Below, piece after piece: positions 40,671-54,999 of a DNA stretch of 64,000 bases (position 1 is its first letter; the number at the start of each line of letters is the position of its first letter). The notes under the pieces are model-generated. The model did no database searches and was not told the origin of the DNA. It saw nothing but the letters and a program-made list of their open reading frames with translations. The position numbers were made by a program, and so were the translations under genes. The stretch comes from Octopus vulgaris (lineage: Eukaryota). The stretch spans positions 32,860,001 through 32,924,000 of the forward strand of contig OX597826.1 of assembly GCA_951406725.2 (NCBI GenBank), given 5' to 3'.

Positions 40671-40907
40671 CATACATGCATATGGAGACGAGTATGAACA
40701 TTCCCATGTGTTAGACTTGATAATTGTTAAGAGATTCCCTCCACATGAAACCAATGGTTGCCTTGTTAACCCACAAGTAAAGAATATTTATTCACCAAAA
40801 CGATGTTGAACACTCATTCTCACTGTTGAATATATTCGCTTGTCAGACAGTTAGACACACACACACACACACACACATCATTTTATATATGTGCTTGTGT
40901 GTATGTG

Positions 40908-40949
<42 letters not shown>

Positions 40950-41444
40950 GGCAAAGTGGCTGAGCCCTTTTTGAGTGTTGGGCCACATGGAGGCAATGAC
41001 CGAGACCTTTGGCATTATGTTGTGCTTGAGAACACGACCCAACAAGCCAAGGAACATCACAGTCGACAGCACATAAAAGCACCCATTACACTCTTGGAGT
41101 GGTTGGCATTAGAAAAGGCATCCAGTCATAGAAGCCATGCCAAATCAGACTGCAGCCTGGTGCAACCTTCCAGCTTGTTAGCCCTGGTCAACCAGTCCTA
41201 CCCATGCCAGGATGGACAATGGACAGTAAATGATGATGATGATGATGATATGATGATGATATATGCAAATATGTATTTGTGTGTGTATATATATTATGTG
41301 TGCATGTATATATATATTATGTGTGTATATATATATATTATATGTGTGTATATATATGTATATATATCATATGTGTTTGAGTATATATATATATATATAT
41401 CATATGTATGTGTACATAGTTATACATATATATATATATTTTTT

Positions 41445-41654
41445 TTTATTTTACTTGTTTCAGTCATGTGACTGTGGCCATGTTAGTGCACCGCCTTTTA
41501 GTCGATCAAATCGACCCCAGGACTTATTCTTTGTAAGCCTAGTACTTATTTTATCGGTCTCTTTTTTGCCGAACCGCTAAGTGACGGGGACGTAAACACA
41601 CCAGCATCGGTTGTCAAGCGATGTTGGGGGGACAAACACAGACACACAAACACG

Positions 41655-41685
<31 letters not shown>

Positions 41686-41852
41686 ATACGACGGGCTTCT
41701 TTCAGTTACCGTCTACCAAATCCACTCACAAGGCTTTGGTCGGCTCGAGGCTATAGTAGAAGACACTTACCCAAGGTGCCACACAGTGGGACTGAACCCG
41801 GAACCATGTGGTTTGTAAGCAAGCTACTTACCACAATGCCACTCCTATGCCT
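41445..41852 (-). mobile_element. SINE family A, full length, CpG-rich (young)
   Basis: Head ggagtggcattgtggtaagtagcttgcttacaaaccacatggttccgggttcagtccc, internal TA/TG linker and complete tail. Confidence 0.9.
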
Positions 41853-41919
41853 ACATATATATATATATATACAAACCTACATATATATATATACATATAC
41901 ATACATACAAACATATAAA

Positions 41920-41974
<55 letters not shown>

Positions 41975-42009
41975 GCATATACATGTATATATAGCTATAT
42001 ATAGTACAC

Positions 42010-44000
42010 TTAAAAAGATTTTAAGAATCCATTGCTGCTATTAGTTTCAAGAATGATCAAACAAGTCAAGTACTTCTCTAAAGACATAAGCTGACATCTT
42101 AACACATCTTGTTCTTAATCAAGGGTGTTCTTGATATTACTTGATTGGTGAGTTTTCTCTAATTATAAAAACAAAATGAAGTGTTGACTAACATGACATT
42201 TTCTGTTCTGCTTTTGGCAAGTATACTGCAAATAATTTAGACAATAAAATATGGTTGATATCCTAAAGAAGAAGGTAATGTGTAATGTTTAGGATGCATC
42301 TGTTTTTCTTCAGAGCAAAAGAGTGAATAAAGTCCTCAGTGTACACAACTGAAACAGTATTAGACTAAAATAGTCATCTATGTATCATATTTAATGTACA
42401 TTTTTGAGAGTCAAGATACTGAGGATTATCGTCCAAGAGAAAATCTCTTCTTTAAAAACACAAAACATATTGAGTGAGATGGAAAGTTATTCCAAATGAA
42501 ATGCATGAGAACACAAGGTTCATTTCAGACTTTTGAGACCTTGTCGATAATGTGAACTTGCTGGTCACAAGCCTAGACAAAATCAGTTCTCCCTGATGTA
42601 TACAAAGTAGGCAATAACACATTCGCTGAAGCTGCAGCTATTTCAGTTGTATGTGTTGATTTTTTATTCAGCTCTACACAATACCAGTTAATGTATTATT
42701 CAGTGTTTTCTTTTCATTGGAGGCAAGAAATTTCTTCTAGGTATGTCACTACAAGACTAAAAAAAAAACCAACATGCATTTGGCATTCTTGTGAATCATG
42801 GCTGGGATAATTGTTCATGTTGCTCTGATATATATTGTATTTTTGAACAGAAAAGATTTTCTCTCAGACAAAATCTGCAGCATTATGCCTCTCAACATTA
42901 TTTATACCTTAAGTATGGTACATAGATTCTATTTTAGTGAAACAAAATGGTAAAAATTCTATCTTTAGGCTGTTAATCTATGAATAACAGCAGAAACGTT
43001 TCCTCTTCAAGGTCCTAAAATGCATCAGCCCCAATCAACCTTATTGAAGGACTGGACACATACTTTAGGACAGAATGGCTGCAGATTTTACAAAAGAAAT
43101 AAAAAGTGGTCCTTTACTTTCTGAATAATTGAAGATGCATTTATACAGAGTCCACCAGAAAAAATGAATGCTTACTTCAGGAAAGCAAAAAAGCTGTGTA
43201 AATATTTAACTTGTATAAGTACCCATATAAATATAAAATTCCTTTTGATGTTTTATCAAATAGCAATAACACTGAATTAAAATATTCATACAGATTTTTC
43301 CTTTCCTGAAGTGTGTATACATTTTTCGACTGACTATATATTAATATATATATATAGATATATGGTCATAAAAATATTGTGTTCTGTGAATAGAATATAG
43401 AACTTAATTCTATAATGTCATAATATAACATTCATCTTATAAATAAATATTTGATCATCTATAACTGATAACAACGTTTGGCACACCCTTGTTCAGTGTT
43501 CATCATACGTTACTGTCAACATATAACTTAGCAGCTTATGTTAGTTTGTCAAAAGTTTAAAGTTTGCACATTTACAGTGAAAGACAGCACTCTGTGCCTA
43601 CACAAAGATGTCTCTTCTAATCCAACAAAAATAGGTTCATCTTTGACGCCATTTACATATCAGAGCTGTGGTTAATGTGGGTCTCTTTACTGATACATGT
43701 TGAAATGTGGATTAATCTTGTGCTTCCTCCGTTTTATTTCCATATCCAAATCAGTTCGATTTAAAGTTTAGTTGCAGTAGAGATACTAAATGTTACGCAT
43801 AAGTTATAATCTCTTCTTTCAAACATCTGATGTAAAGCTTTAGATGACAACACATTTGATGCCTTCTGTCCATGATTTTCTAAAGTCCTTCTACAGTTTT
43901 GACTTTTATGTTCTATGAAATCTCATTTATTTACCATCATGTTAGCACCTGTTAACTCTTGATGTAACAAACGTAACAATATGAATGCATTAAGTACAAA
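42010..44000 (+). pseudogene. Longest uninterrupted unique island; decayed LRR array
   Basis: ILTHLVLNQG; YKVGNNTFAEAAAISV; THTLGQNGCR; KSLKFAHLQ; LHKDVSSNPTKIG; LVAVEILNVTHK. No ORF of 60 aa or more survives. Confidence 0.65.
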
Positions 44001-44084
44001 GCAGGATTATGGAGTGCACTTAAGCAAAAAGAGAACCTATGTTTATACATATATTTATATGCACACACTATCTATCTATCTATC

Positions 44085-44118
<34 letters not shown>

Positions 44119-44143
44119 GATGATGAATTATTTCCTTTTTGAT

Positions 44144-44190
<47 letters not shown>

Positions 44191-44475
44191 CTGTTAGGAG
44201 GCACAAGCACTTATACAGATGGTGGTAGCTTCCACCTGCCAAATTCAAGTACAAAGCTTTGATTGGCCTGAGGCTATAGTAGAAGACACAGTGGGAGTGA
44301 ACCTGAATCCTTATAGCTGGGAAGCAAGCTTCCTAACCACACTGCCAATACTCATCTGACTTGTCCTCAGTGAACACAACTGAAACAGTATTAAATTAAA
44401 ATAGTCAACCCATCCATAGAAAGCGGACGTTAAACAATGATGATGATGATGATGATATATATATAATATATATAT

Positions 44476-44927
44476 CTTGTCTTGGCTACACGCGGGTGGG
44501 AAGGGGCTGGTGACACAAACTTTCATTCACACTTTGAATTTGGTGGTACTGGTAATGGCTTTAGCTCGCTCTGATACTGAGTTGAGATGATGCCTTCTAG
44601 TATCTCAAAATTTAATATACAATTATTCATAATTGTAGTGTCCTACGCTGATGAGAAAAGAAGTTGGGTAAGGTAGAATTATCTAATTCTTATGCTTTCC
44701 TAAAACTTGATTTCGAAACGTACGTCCGTAGGTGACTTAAAATTGTATGATAGATTGCCGTCATTTCATTCTCTCTTACCTGTCTGTGTTTGCCTTTCAA
44801 GTGCTGTGTTTTTTACTGAGATCTCCCTTTTAGTAGAAAGAATAGCTATAACTCTTTGACTGCTATTTCTAAATTCGGTGTGTGGTGAGGCAATTCGTTG
44901 CTAAACCCTTAATTGCTTAGTATTACT
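44476..44927 (+). mobile_element. Penelope-like pLTR or retrozyme-like fragment between (TA)n tracts
   Basis: Unique block of about 450 bp bounded by (TA)n and carrying a canonical hammerhead; the class is inferred from the ribozyme type. Confidence 0.6.
44642..44732 (+). ncRNA. Canonical type I hammerhead ribozyme
   Basis: Stem I CCTACG/CGTAGG; CTGATGA 44648-44654; long stem II closed by GAAA/TTTC; GAAA 44715-44718; palindromic stem III ACGTACGT; GTC triplet, predicted cleavage after 44726. Confidence 0.92.
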
Positions 44928-44957
44928 TATATATATATATATATATACCATATATAC

Positions 44958-45088
<131 letters not shown>

Positions 45089-45104
45089 CATATATATATA
45101 TATC

Positions 45105-45507
45105 ATCATAGTTTAATGTCCGTTTTCCATGCTAGCATAGGTTGGACGGTTTGACCAGGGTCCAGTCTGATCTGGTAGTGTTTCTACGGCTGGATGCCCT
45201 TCCTAACACCAACCACTCTGTGAGTGTAGTAGGTGCTTTTTACGTGCCAGGGAAGGCTGGCAGCAGCCACGATTGGCTGGAGCTTTTTACGTGCCACCGG
45301 CACGGAAGCCAGTCAAGGCAACGCTGGCATCGGCCATGTTCGGATGGTGCTTTTTACGTGCCACTAGCACAGGTATTACAGTTACAATTTCCATTTGATT
45401 TTTATTTATGTTGATGTACTTGACTCAATAGGTTTCCTCAAGCACAGCAGGTCGCCCTACAATCCAAGGTAAGCACAGGGCGACCTGCTGTGCTCGAGGA
45501 GACCTAT
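45105..45507 (-). mobile_element. SINE family C copy ending in an inverted duplication
   Basis: Reverse complement of 52605-52995; 31 bp inverted arms at 45428-45458 and 45477-45507. Confidence 0.85.
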
Positions 45508-46330
45508 ATATATATATATAAATTTGTAGGCGTTGATGGGTTTGACTACTCACAGTTTAGCTCTTTGTGACTGTGAACAACAACTGTCCCAGCTCAATTC
45601 TGGCATGTAGCTAATTCACATATGGTATCCTGTATCGGACAGCTGAAATGCTTATGTGGTATACTTGCATCAATTATGTGTTTGTGTGTGTATGTGTGTC
45701 TGTGTATACACACACATATGCATGTTTGTATGTTTATAGACACTTGTGACTATAAATGAAAGAAAAATGACTCAATACCCCATCGCTTGCTGACCCACTT
45801 GTCTCTTCATCCCTACTCGGCCATTGCTGTGCCCAACCCCTAATCATTCCTCTACAAAGAATCCTTCCTTTGGATTCTTCCCGTTGCTCATGTCTGCAAC
45901 AGTTTATTTGGAACATTAACATCAATATTACCATTCTTGGATGGCCTGGAAAGGTGATGGGCTCTGCCCCTACCACCAGATTCATCATCCCCATCATTTA
46001 ATGTCCATTTTCTATGCTGAAATGGGTTGGACAGTTTAGCTGGAGCTGGTGAGACAAAGTACTGTGCTAAGCCCATAGTATCTGCTTTGGCATGGTTTCT
46101 ACAGTTTGATGTCCTTCCTAACACCAACCACTTCATAGAATGAACCAGGAATTTTTTATGTGATGCCAACACTAGTGAGGTCGCTTGCTAACTTGCAAAA
46201 GAAGATGCCATACCTAAAGAAGGTGGTTTTGTGCCAGGTGATGAGGTGCTAAAGTACGACAGGGACAAGATCAGGTGTCTTGCTGTAAAAGTTGATACAC
46301 AGCCCACCCCCCACCGAGACACTGTGAATA

Positions 46331-46547
46331 ATCCTTTCTACTGAAAGCACAAGGTCTGAAATGTGGGGGGAGGGGCCTTGTCTATTACATCGACCCCAGT
46401 ACGCAACTGGTACTTAATTTATCGACCTCGAAGGGATGAAACGTAAAGTTGACCTCGACGGAATTTGAACTCAGAATGTAGCGGTGGACAAAATACTGCT
46501 AAGCATTTCATCCAGTGTGCTAACAATTCTGCCATCTCACTGCCTTA
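46331..46547 (-). mobile_element. SINE family B
   Basis: Reverse complement of the family B head and central domain. Confidence 0.85.
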
Positions 46548-46699
46548 GATGCAGTAAATAATAAAAAGGAAAAAAAAAGGAAATAGATATAACAGAGAGT
46601 AACACTTCCATGTAATTGCCATTGTGCTGTTGTAACTAACTTTCTTTTGATATAATTTTGGAAACTTTTCTTTAAATGTTTAAGCTAACAACTGCAGTA

Positions 46700-47300
46700 A
46701 TCAATTATATTATATTATTCAATGGTACATATTAATACCAGGAACTGTAGAAGAACTGAATTTTTGTGACAAGGGATTCATTATTTCAAATATATTTTTA
46801 AAAATCCTGCTGTGAATGTAGCTTAAAGAGTTTAGCATACTGACATCAGAAGGGTTAATAATCTTGTTGAATTTTGAAAAAAGTCTTACAAAATAAAATC
46901 CAAGCGATAATTTTTTAAACATGCTTATGACGAACAAATATTCGCTGATTGATTGATGTGAAAATATCAAAGCATTAAAAAGAGAAAAAAATATGATATT
47001 TATAATCCAGAATGAAAAACAACCATTTAATCATAGAGGTATGATACTAAACTGTGTTGATGAGCAGGATTATTCACACTTCTCTCAGAAGATATACAAA
47101 GCTTAACTGAAATCTCTCTCCTCATTTGCTGTATGTATTAGTTACTTATAACCTTTTGGGAGCTTCCCGTCTTCCATTTAAATTAAACAAAATCATGTCG
47201 TCAAACCACAAATCTATTTTTCAAATGGAAATAAAGGAATATAAAATAGTAACAGAATTCCATACATGGTGCAGGAAAGAATATAAATTTTAAAGAAAAT
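46700..47300 (+). pseudogene. Decayed RI-type LRR fragment
   Basis: One frame reads GTVEELNFCD...ILTSEGLIILLNFEKSLTK*NPSDNFLN; later IQSLTEISL. Confidence 0.65.
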
Positions 47301-47630
47301 GCGAAATTATATAAAATCACAAATATTTAAACAATAGATTTTGAAAATGTTCACTCATACATCAACTGTGAAAGACATTTGTCTGTCAAAACAGCTTAAC
47401 TTTTTGGAGAAAGAAATATTCTTGCTATCCTGATTTTTTATTATGTTTTTTTATATTTCCCTATATAAAATAGAATATTTATAGCATTTTTGATATTTCT
47501 CTCTCAAAATATTATTTCTTTTCAACAAAAAAATTTAATATCTTTACACATATATAATTGCCTGTGCACATACATACATAATCACGCACACATGCATGCA
47601 TATAAGTATTTATAAATATATATATATATG

Positions 47631-47749
<119 letters not shown>

Positions 47750-48067
47750 TATATGTATGTATATATACATACATGCATGCACACACATACAACCATCTGC
47801 AAGTGGGTGTATAAGTATAGATAAGCATGCATTTGTATATCTATATAGACACATACATGCTACATGTTTACATATGCACATGCACATGCATATGCATATA
47901 TTCATATATATCCATATATACATGTTTAAGCATATTACACACACACACACATACACATAGATATATATACACAGTCATGCACATACATTACATGCATATA
48001 TCTCTTTGAACATACTTAAATATAAATACACCCACTCACGCTCATTCACATCTGTATGAGAATAGTT

Positions 48068-48128
<61 letters not shown>

Positions 48129-48169
48129 CAGTAGCAGCAGCAGTGTATTTGATTGATTGCACCACTGCA

Positions 48170-48300
48170 AGTGTTGTCATGATGTTCATATTTGTTAATT
48201 TATCACTTGTCAAAAATTAATCTGCAGTCAATATTTGTATATATTAGTTATATTTCTTGAAGCTCTCCAAAATACATAATAGGATATAAAGCACAATGGA
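48170..48300 (+). pseudogene. Decayed RI-type LRR fragment
   Basis: YHLSKINLQS and FLEALQNT*. Confidence 0.55.
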
Positions 48301-49079
48301 GGTTACAAAATAGGCAAATCAGTACATTTTTTCCTCTCCCCGCTCCTTTTTCGTTCTGTCCTTTGCTCCTTTACATAACAATTCTCCCCTTATATGGGGG
48401 TTTGCTTAACATATTAGTTTGTGTGATTTGACGGCTGTATTTTAGTGGAGTGAAGAGGTCGTTGCACCTAAGAGAAAGTGAGGTTGCTAGTGATGGTGGT
48501 GGTGGTAGTGGTGGTGGTACTGTTGCTGGTGCTGGTTATATATTTTTAATGATGAGGAACAGGAATATAAAAGGTGGGTTCAGTACTTCACCACTACCAC
48601 CACCACCACCACCACCACCACCACAGCCTCCTCCTCCTCCTCATCATCATCATCATTATCCTGATTACCATCATTATCATCATCATGATCAATCTGATTA
48701 CCACTTCTCATTATTGTCATTTTATCATCATCATCATCATCCTGATTACCATCGTTATCGTCATCATTATCATTATGATCACCACTTCTCATTGTCATTT
48801 TACCATCATCATCATCATCATCATGAGCAGCAATAACAACAGCAACAGCAGATGCGTTAGTGGCATTCTCTTCATATACACTTCTGATATTGGTAAAGTG
48901 AAATTGTATGGCCCAGTGGTTAGGTTATTTGAACTCACAACCATCAGGATGTGGTTTCAATTCCCAGATTGTGTAATATGCTGTGCCCTTCAGCAAGACC
49001 CTTCATTTCACATTTCTTCAGTCCAGTCAACTGAACATCAGTACTAAAACGAGCTAGAGGCGGATGATTAATTCTGTAT

Positions 49080-49150
<71 letters not shown>

Positions 49151-49722
49151 ATACATATGATGGACTCTCCTTTTGGTAGACAACACATGAGGGTTCGACA
49201 ATTTCTTGCCGAACAACCACACAGATGATTTGTTTATAGTGATGAAATGTTTGTGTGTTTGTGTAGACATAAGCTCACTCCCTCCATCAGATCGACATTA
49301 CCTGCACACATGCAACAGGTGCCACACGTCAGATGTCGAAAGGATTGCAGAGCAACTTGAAATGAAATGTTTTGCTCAAGAACACAACGCAATGCCCAGT
49401 CTGGGAATCGAACCCGGTATCTCACAATTGTGAGTGCAACACCCTAACCACTAAGCCATGTGCCTTTATATGAATATATGTTCATATACATATTCTTTTA
49501 TTCATTTTCTTGTTTCAGTCATTTGACTGTGGCCATGCTGGAACACCACCTTTAGTTGAAGAAATCGACCCCAGGACTTATTCTGTGTAAGCCAAGTACT
49601 TATTCAATTGGTTTCTTTTGCTGAACTGCTAAGTTAGGGCACATGAACGCACCAACATTGGTTGTCAAGAAATATTGGGGGGTGGGGCAAACACACACAC
49701 ACACACAAACATACACACACAC

Positions 49723-49757
<35 letters not shown>

Positions 49758-49979
49758 TGAGCTCGAAACCATGTGGCTGGTAAGCAAGCTGCTTACTACA
49801 CAGCCACTCCTGCATCTGTATATATATATACATATATATATACATATATATATATACACACACACACTTCATCAGTAAATCATAAATTCAAAAGAGAAAC
49901 ACACTTTAAGTTATAGACCAGTAGGTCTCTCTCCCTCTTGTGCTCTCTCTCCCTCTTGCTCTCTGTCTGTCTGTCTGTC

Positions 49980-50020
<41 letters not shown>

Positions 50021-50022
<2 letters not shown>

Positions 50023-50343
50023 CCTTCAGTCATGAATGACCATGGAATTTCATCTAGAATGTTACCCTTCCAGGCACAAGTCCGGGCAGAGTTGTTTATG
50101 GAAGACCAGCAGTCGCCTGCCCATGCATACCGGCCTCCCCTCTCCATGTCACCAGTGTTATCCAAGAGAACGGCAAAGGGGCCAATACAGCTTGGCACCA
50201 GTGATGTTGCAACTCATTTCTGCAGCTGAGTGAACTAGAGCAACATGAAATAAAGTGTCTTGCTCAAGAACACAACATGCAGCCCAGTCCAGGATTTGAA
50301 CTCTCAACCTCTCAGTCATAATAATTTCGACGCTCTAACCACT
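50021..50343 (-). mobile_element. SINE family D
   Basis: Reverse complement of 23693-24027. Confidence 0.9.
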
Positions 50344-51045
50344 ATTTCTTTGTAATTTGTTTCTTGCAAATGAGTTTCAAGTGAACACATAAAAACTCCT
50401 ATGCTACTTGTTGACTATCACTTATTAATCCCATCTTCCTGAATAATTGTATGGGTTGTTATTTATACTGCATTCCATATACCATAGGATAAGTATATTA
50501 ATAGCAAGAAATTTTTCAGATGGAAATATTTATATATACTATAAAGGCATTGCTCGTGTTGGTGGCACATAAAAGACACCATTCAAGTATGATTGTTACC
50601 AACATCACCTTACTGGCACCTGTGCCAGTGGCATATGTAATAGATTCGAGCGAGATCGTTGCCAGTACTGCCTGACTGGCCCCATGCCGCTCGCATGTAA
50701 AGCACCCACTACACTCTCGGAGCGGTTGGCATTAGGAAGGACATCCAGTTGTAGAAACTCTGCCAGATTGAGATTGAAGCCTGGTGCAGCCATCTGGTTC
50801 GTCAGCCCTCAGTCATTTGTCCAACCCATGCTAGCATGGAAAGCGGCCATTAAATGATGATGATGTGTATGTGTGTGACTACACTCTCATTTACAAAGGA
50901 ATATTCTGATTAATGTATATATATATATATATAAACATACATTCATATATTCAGAATCTTTCAAATTAGCCATTTATGAAACCTATGTAGTAAATATATA
51001 AACAGGGTAAATTTAATCATTTCTTTGTAGACTGGAATAATGAAC

Positions 51046-51088
51046 TGCCTTAATCGATTTCGACCCTTATTGTATTCTCATCAGCGGT
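51046..51088 (-). ncRNA. Degenerate hammerhead motif
   Basis: Minus strand CTGATGA-GA..TC-GAAA-TCGATT with palindromic AATCGATT; stem I does not pair well. Confidence 0.5.
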
Positions 51089-51589
51089 GTCCACATCAGC
51101 TTAACCAGTTCCAGAGAAATAAGCAAATGGTTTGTTAATATGCTTACATCATCATTTAATGTCTGCTTTCCTTCCATACTTAATGTATGTACAACATTGG
51201 CAGGTAAGATGCTTTGGTTTCTGCCAGAGGAAAAAATCTTTTCAAAGGGGTAGCTAGTTAGATTTAATGATGTATCAATTCTCTACATTAAGTTTATATA
51301 TGTGTGTGTCTGCTCACGTGAGTGTGTGCATTTGTGTGTGTGTGTGTGTATGTATGTGTGTTTATAAATACATACATATACATATATGTATATATTCATG
51401 TGTGTGTGTGTGTGTCTGTGTGTCTATGTAAGTACTTATATATGTATGTTCATGTGTGTATTTACATATAAATATAAACATATGCATGTATATATATCTG
51501 TGCATGCATATCTACATGTATGTGTATGTGTGTGTGTATGCATACAAAGCACATAGTCATATATGCATTTGTTTCTGCACATGTATTTT

Positions 51590-51630
<41 letters not shown>

Positions 51631-52198
51631 TTTTTCCCCTCGTGTCTATGCATATGTATGCACATATATGTCTAAACATGTCTATGCAAGTGAGCATGCG
51701 TGTACACCTCTGTATGTGGGTTCTATGCAAAAATTTATGATTTTACCGAACCGGTTGGACAATTTCATAATACGACTATGTTGTTTAGTGCACTTAAATC
51801 GACTAGTAATTAACCTTACCGGAACATTATCTCACTCTAACCATCACTGATTCAAACCATTCCACCAGTGCAATATCTTGCTGTACGAGCAATAAAATAA
51901 GTTCAAATGATTTAACCTTGCTTAATATCAAATGGTTAGGTCTTTTGAATGTTTTTTTTTTATCTTTTGTCTTTAGTTTTTCTTTAAAGATTTTAGTAAA
52001 TTTTTATTTTGGAAAATGGTGTTTGTCATAGTTTTAAAGAAATAGAATCATTTTCTTTAAAGTAGATTGTCATAGGAAACACAAATAGAACAGACTTAAA
52101 CCTCACTCGTCTTGATATATTCACATGCACATAGATACATGTATATATATATATGAATACACACACACACACACATATATATGCATATATATAAATAC

Positions 52199-52229
<31 letters not shown>

Positions 52230-52255
52230 TATTTATATACATACGCACACACATA

Positions 52256-52308
<53 letters not shown>

Positions 52309-52314
52309 TCTTTT

Positions 52315-53165
52315 CTTATATTTGTTTCAGTCATTTGACTGCAGCCAATGTGGAGCACTGCCTCTAGTTGAACAAATCAACCCCAGGACATATTTTTTGG
52401 AAGCCTAGTACTAATTCTATCAGTCTCTTTTGCTGAACTACTAAGATATGGGGACATAAACACACTAACATTGGTTGTCAAGTGATGGTGGGGGAACAAA
52501 CACAGACACACAAATACATTCACACACATACACACACACAAAAATGTATGTTTATATATATATATATAGATATGTGTGTGTGTGTGTGTGTGTGTGAGTG
52601 TGTGTTCTTGAGGAGACCTATTGAGTCAAGTACGTCAACACCAACATCAAAATAAAAATCAAATGGAAATTGTAGTTAAGATACTCGTGCCGGTGACACG
52701 TAAAAAGCACTGTCTGAACGTGGGAGATGCCAGCACCGCCTGACTGGCATCCGTATCGGTGACACATAAAAGCACCAACTGATCGTGGCCATTTGCCAGC
52801 CTCCTCTGGCCCCTGTGCTGGTGGCACGTAAAAAGCACCTACTACACTCACGGAGTGGTTGGCGTTAGGAAGGGCATCCAGCTGTAGAAACACTGCCAGA
52901 TCAGACTGGAGCCTGGTGCAGCCTCCTGGCTTCCTAGATCATCCAACCCATACTAGCATGGAAAACAGACGTTAAACGATGATGATGATGATGATATATA
53001 TATACAATGAGCTTCTTTCAGTTTCCATCTACCAAATCCACTCACACGACTTTGATCCCCCCAGGGCTATAGTAGAAGACACTTGCCCAAGGTGCCTCAC
53101 AGTGGGATTGAATCTGGAACCATGTAGTTGAGAAGCAAGTTTCTTACCACACAGCCAATCTTGCA
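52315..53165 (-). mobile_element. SINE family A split by a nested family C copy (52605-52995, + strand)
   Basis: Family A tail at 52315-52520 and head at 53005-53165 flank a family C element inserted in the microsatellite linker. Confidence 0.85.
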
Positions 53166-53432
53166 CTTATATATATATGCACACACATGCAAGTATATAT
53201 CAATATATATTTGTGTAAATATATATGTATCTATTTCACTATTTATCTATCTATCTATTATATTATATATATTATATATATATATAATATTGTTATTCTT
53301 TTTTACATAATATATAGAACTGCTGAAGAAGTGCTTAGGTTGAAGCCAAGACAAAAATTTTATAGAAAATAAATTTTTAACACTTCTCTTCCCCACACTC
53401 ATTTCCATATATATATATATATATCTTATTAA

Positions 53433-53663
53433 GGCAGCGAGCTGGCAGAAACGTTAGCGCGCAGGGCAAAATGCTTAGCGGTATTTCGTCTGTCGTTACG
53501 TTATGAGTTCGAATTCCGCCGAGGTTGACTTTGTCTTTCATCCTTTCGGGGTCGATAAATAAAGTACCAGTTTCGCACTGGGGTCGATGTAATCGACTTA
53601 ATCCCTTTGTCTGTCCTTGTTTGTCCCCTCGATGTTTAGCCCCTTGTGGGTAGTAAAGAAATA
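53433..53663 (+). mobile_element. SINE family B, full length, young
   Basis: ggcagcgagctggcagaaacgttagc..gagttcgaattcc (B box)..tttcatcctttcggggtcgataaataaagtaccag..gccccttgtgggtagtaaagaaata. Confidence 0.9.
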
Positions 53664-54051
53664 TATATATATATCTTATTTACATGTTTTTTTTATGTAT
53701 ATCATCACCATCATCATTTAACGTCCGTTTTCCGTGCTAGCACAAGTTGGATATATATATATTTTTTCTCTTTTTAGAAATATTCATATATGTCAATATG
53801 TATTAATATATATATATATATATATGTGTTTTAAGTTGAATTTATAACTGTGTATGAATATGTGAAAAAAAGTTGATTGTCTAATTTGAGTTTTTTAAAA
53901 ATTCTGATTCTTATATATATATACATACATGTATATATATATACATATATATATGTAGTTAATCCAAACATGAAAGCACAAAAAAACACAACAACGCGAG
54001 GACGTGGAACAAATATAGTATTATTGGACCCTCAGGAAAGAAGGAAGGAGG

Positions 54052-54086
54052 GTTTAACGTTTCGAGTGGAGCTCTTCGTCGGAAAC
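54052..54086 (-). ncRNA. Minimal hammerhead motif (U4C variant) in a second copy (about 53957-54117) of the 29325-29480 repeat
   Basis: Minus strand GTTT-CCGACGA-A-GAGC-TCC-ACTC-GAAA-CG-TT-AAAC. Confidence 0.7.
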
Positions 54087-54999
54087 ATAGGAGAAGGAAA
54101 GATCCAGAGAAGGGATGTATATATATATATATATATGCTCACAAAATTAACATGCACGTGGTTGCACACTCCACAGACACATATACCCTCAATATTCTTC
54201 TCACGGAGGTTCAACGTGATGCCAAAAGCGACAGCACTGGGTCTTTGAATTACAGGTGCAACTCACTTTTGGCAGATAAATGGACTGGATTAACAGGAAG
54301 TAAAGAACCTTGCTCAAGGTCACAACATGCCACTAAGAATTGAACTCATGACCTTTCACCTGTAAGATAAATGCCCTAACCACTCAACCATACACTTTCA
54401 CACATTTATATTTATGCTTGTGTGTTTGTGCATGAGTTCATATTCAAAATAATAAAAACTTCAAAATTATTCTTTCATAAACTGATCGAAGCCAATAAAC
54501 TCATAAAATTCTGTCCAAGCCATTTCTTTATTTACATTGATTTTTTTAAATGTTCTTTCCCCAACCCATATTTCAGAAAATTATAAAATTTATGTTTTTT
54601 AAACTTTAGACAGCAATTGTTGACTTTCTATGTTTTTTTTCGTGTTTTTATTTGTATATATTTGTATTTACATTTTTATTGATGTATCTATAAATGTATT
54701 TATATATCTTATATATTGGAATGATGTAGTGTTTTTTGCTGTACATGGTATTTGCAGGAATAAGTGTTTCCTTGTGTGTGTGTATATGTGTGTGTGTATG
54801 TGATTGTGTGTATGTATATGTATGAACCATAAAAAGTCAGGAAGTATGAGAAGTGAATATATTCATTTAGCAACTTGTCTTCCTTAGGCTAACAGCCGTT
54901 TCATTGTCTTCTTCATGTAGCACACACATACACACACATCTCTATGTATGTGTAGCTTCATTAGCAGAACTGATAGTTTAACAAAGTGGCAGTTGGAAG

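Noticed and set aside
43460-44000. Minus-strand pseudo-ORF (DFIEHKSQNCRR...)
   Set aside because: Probably the antisense shadow of the + strand LRR reading (DVSSNP, VEILNV).
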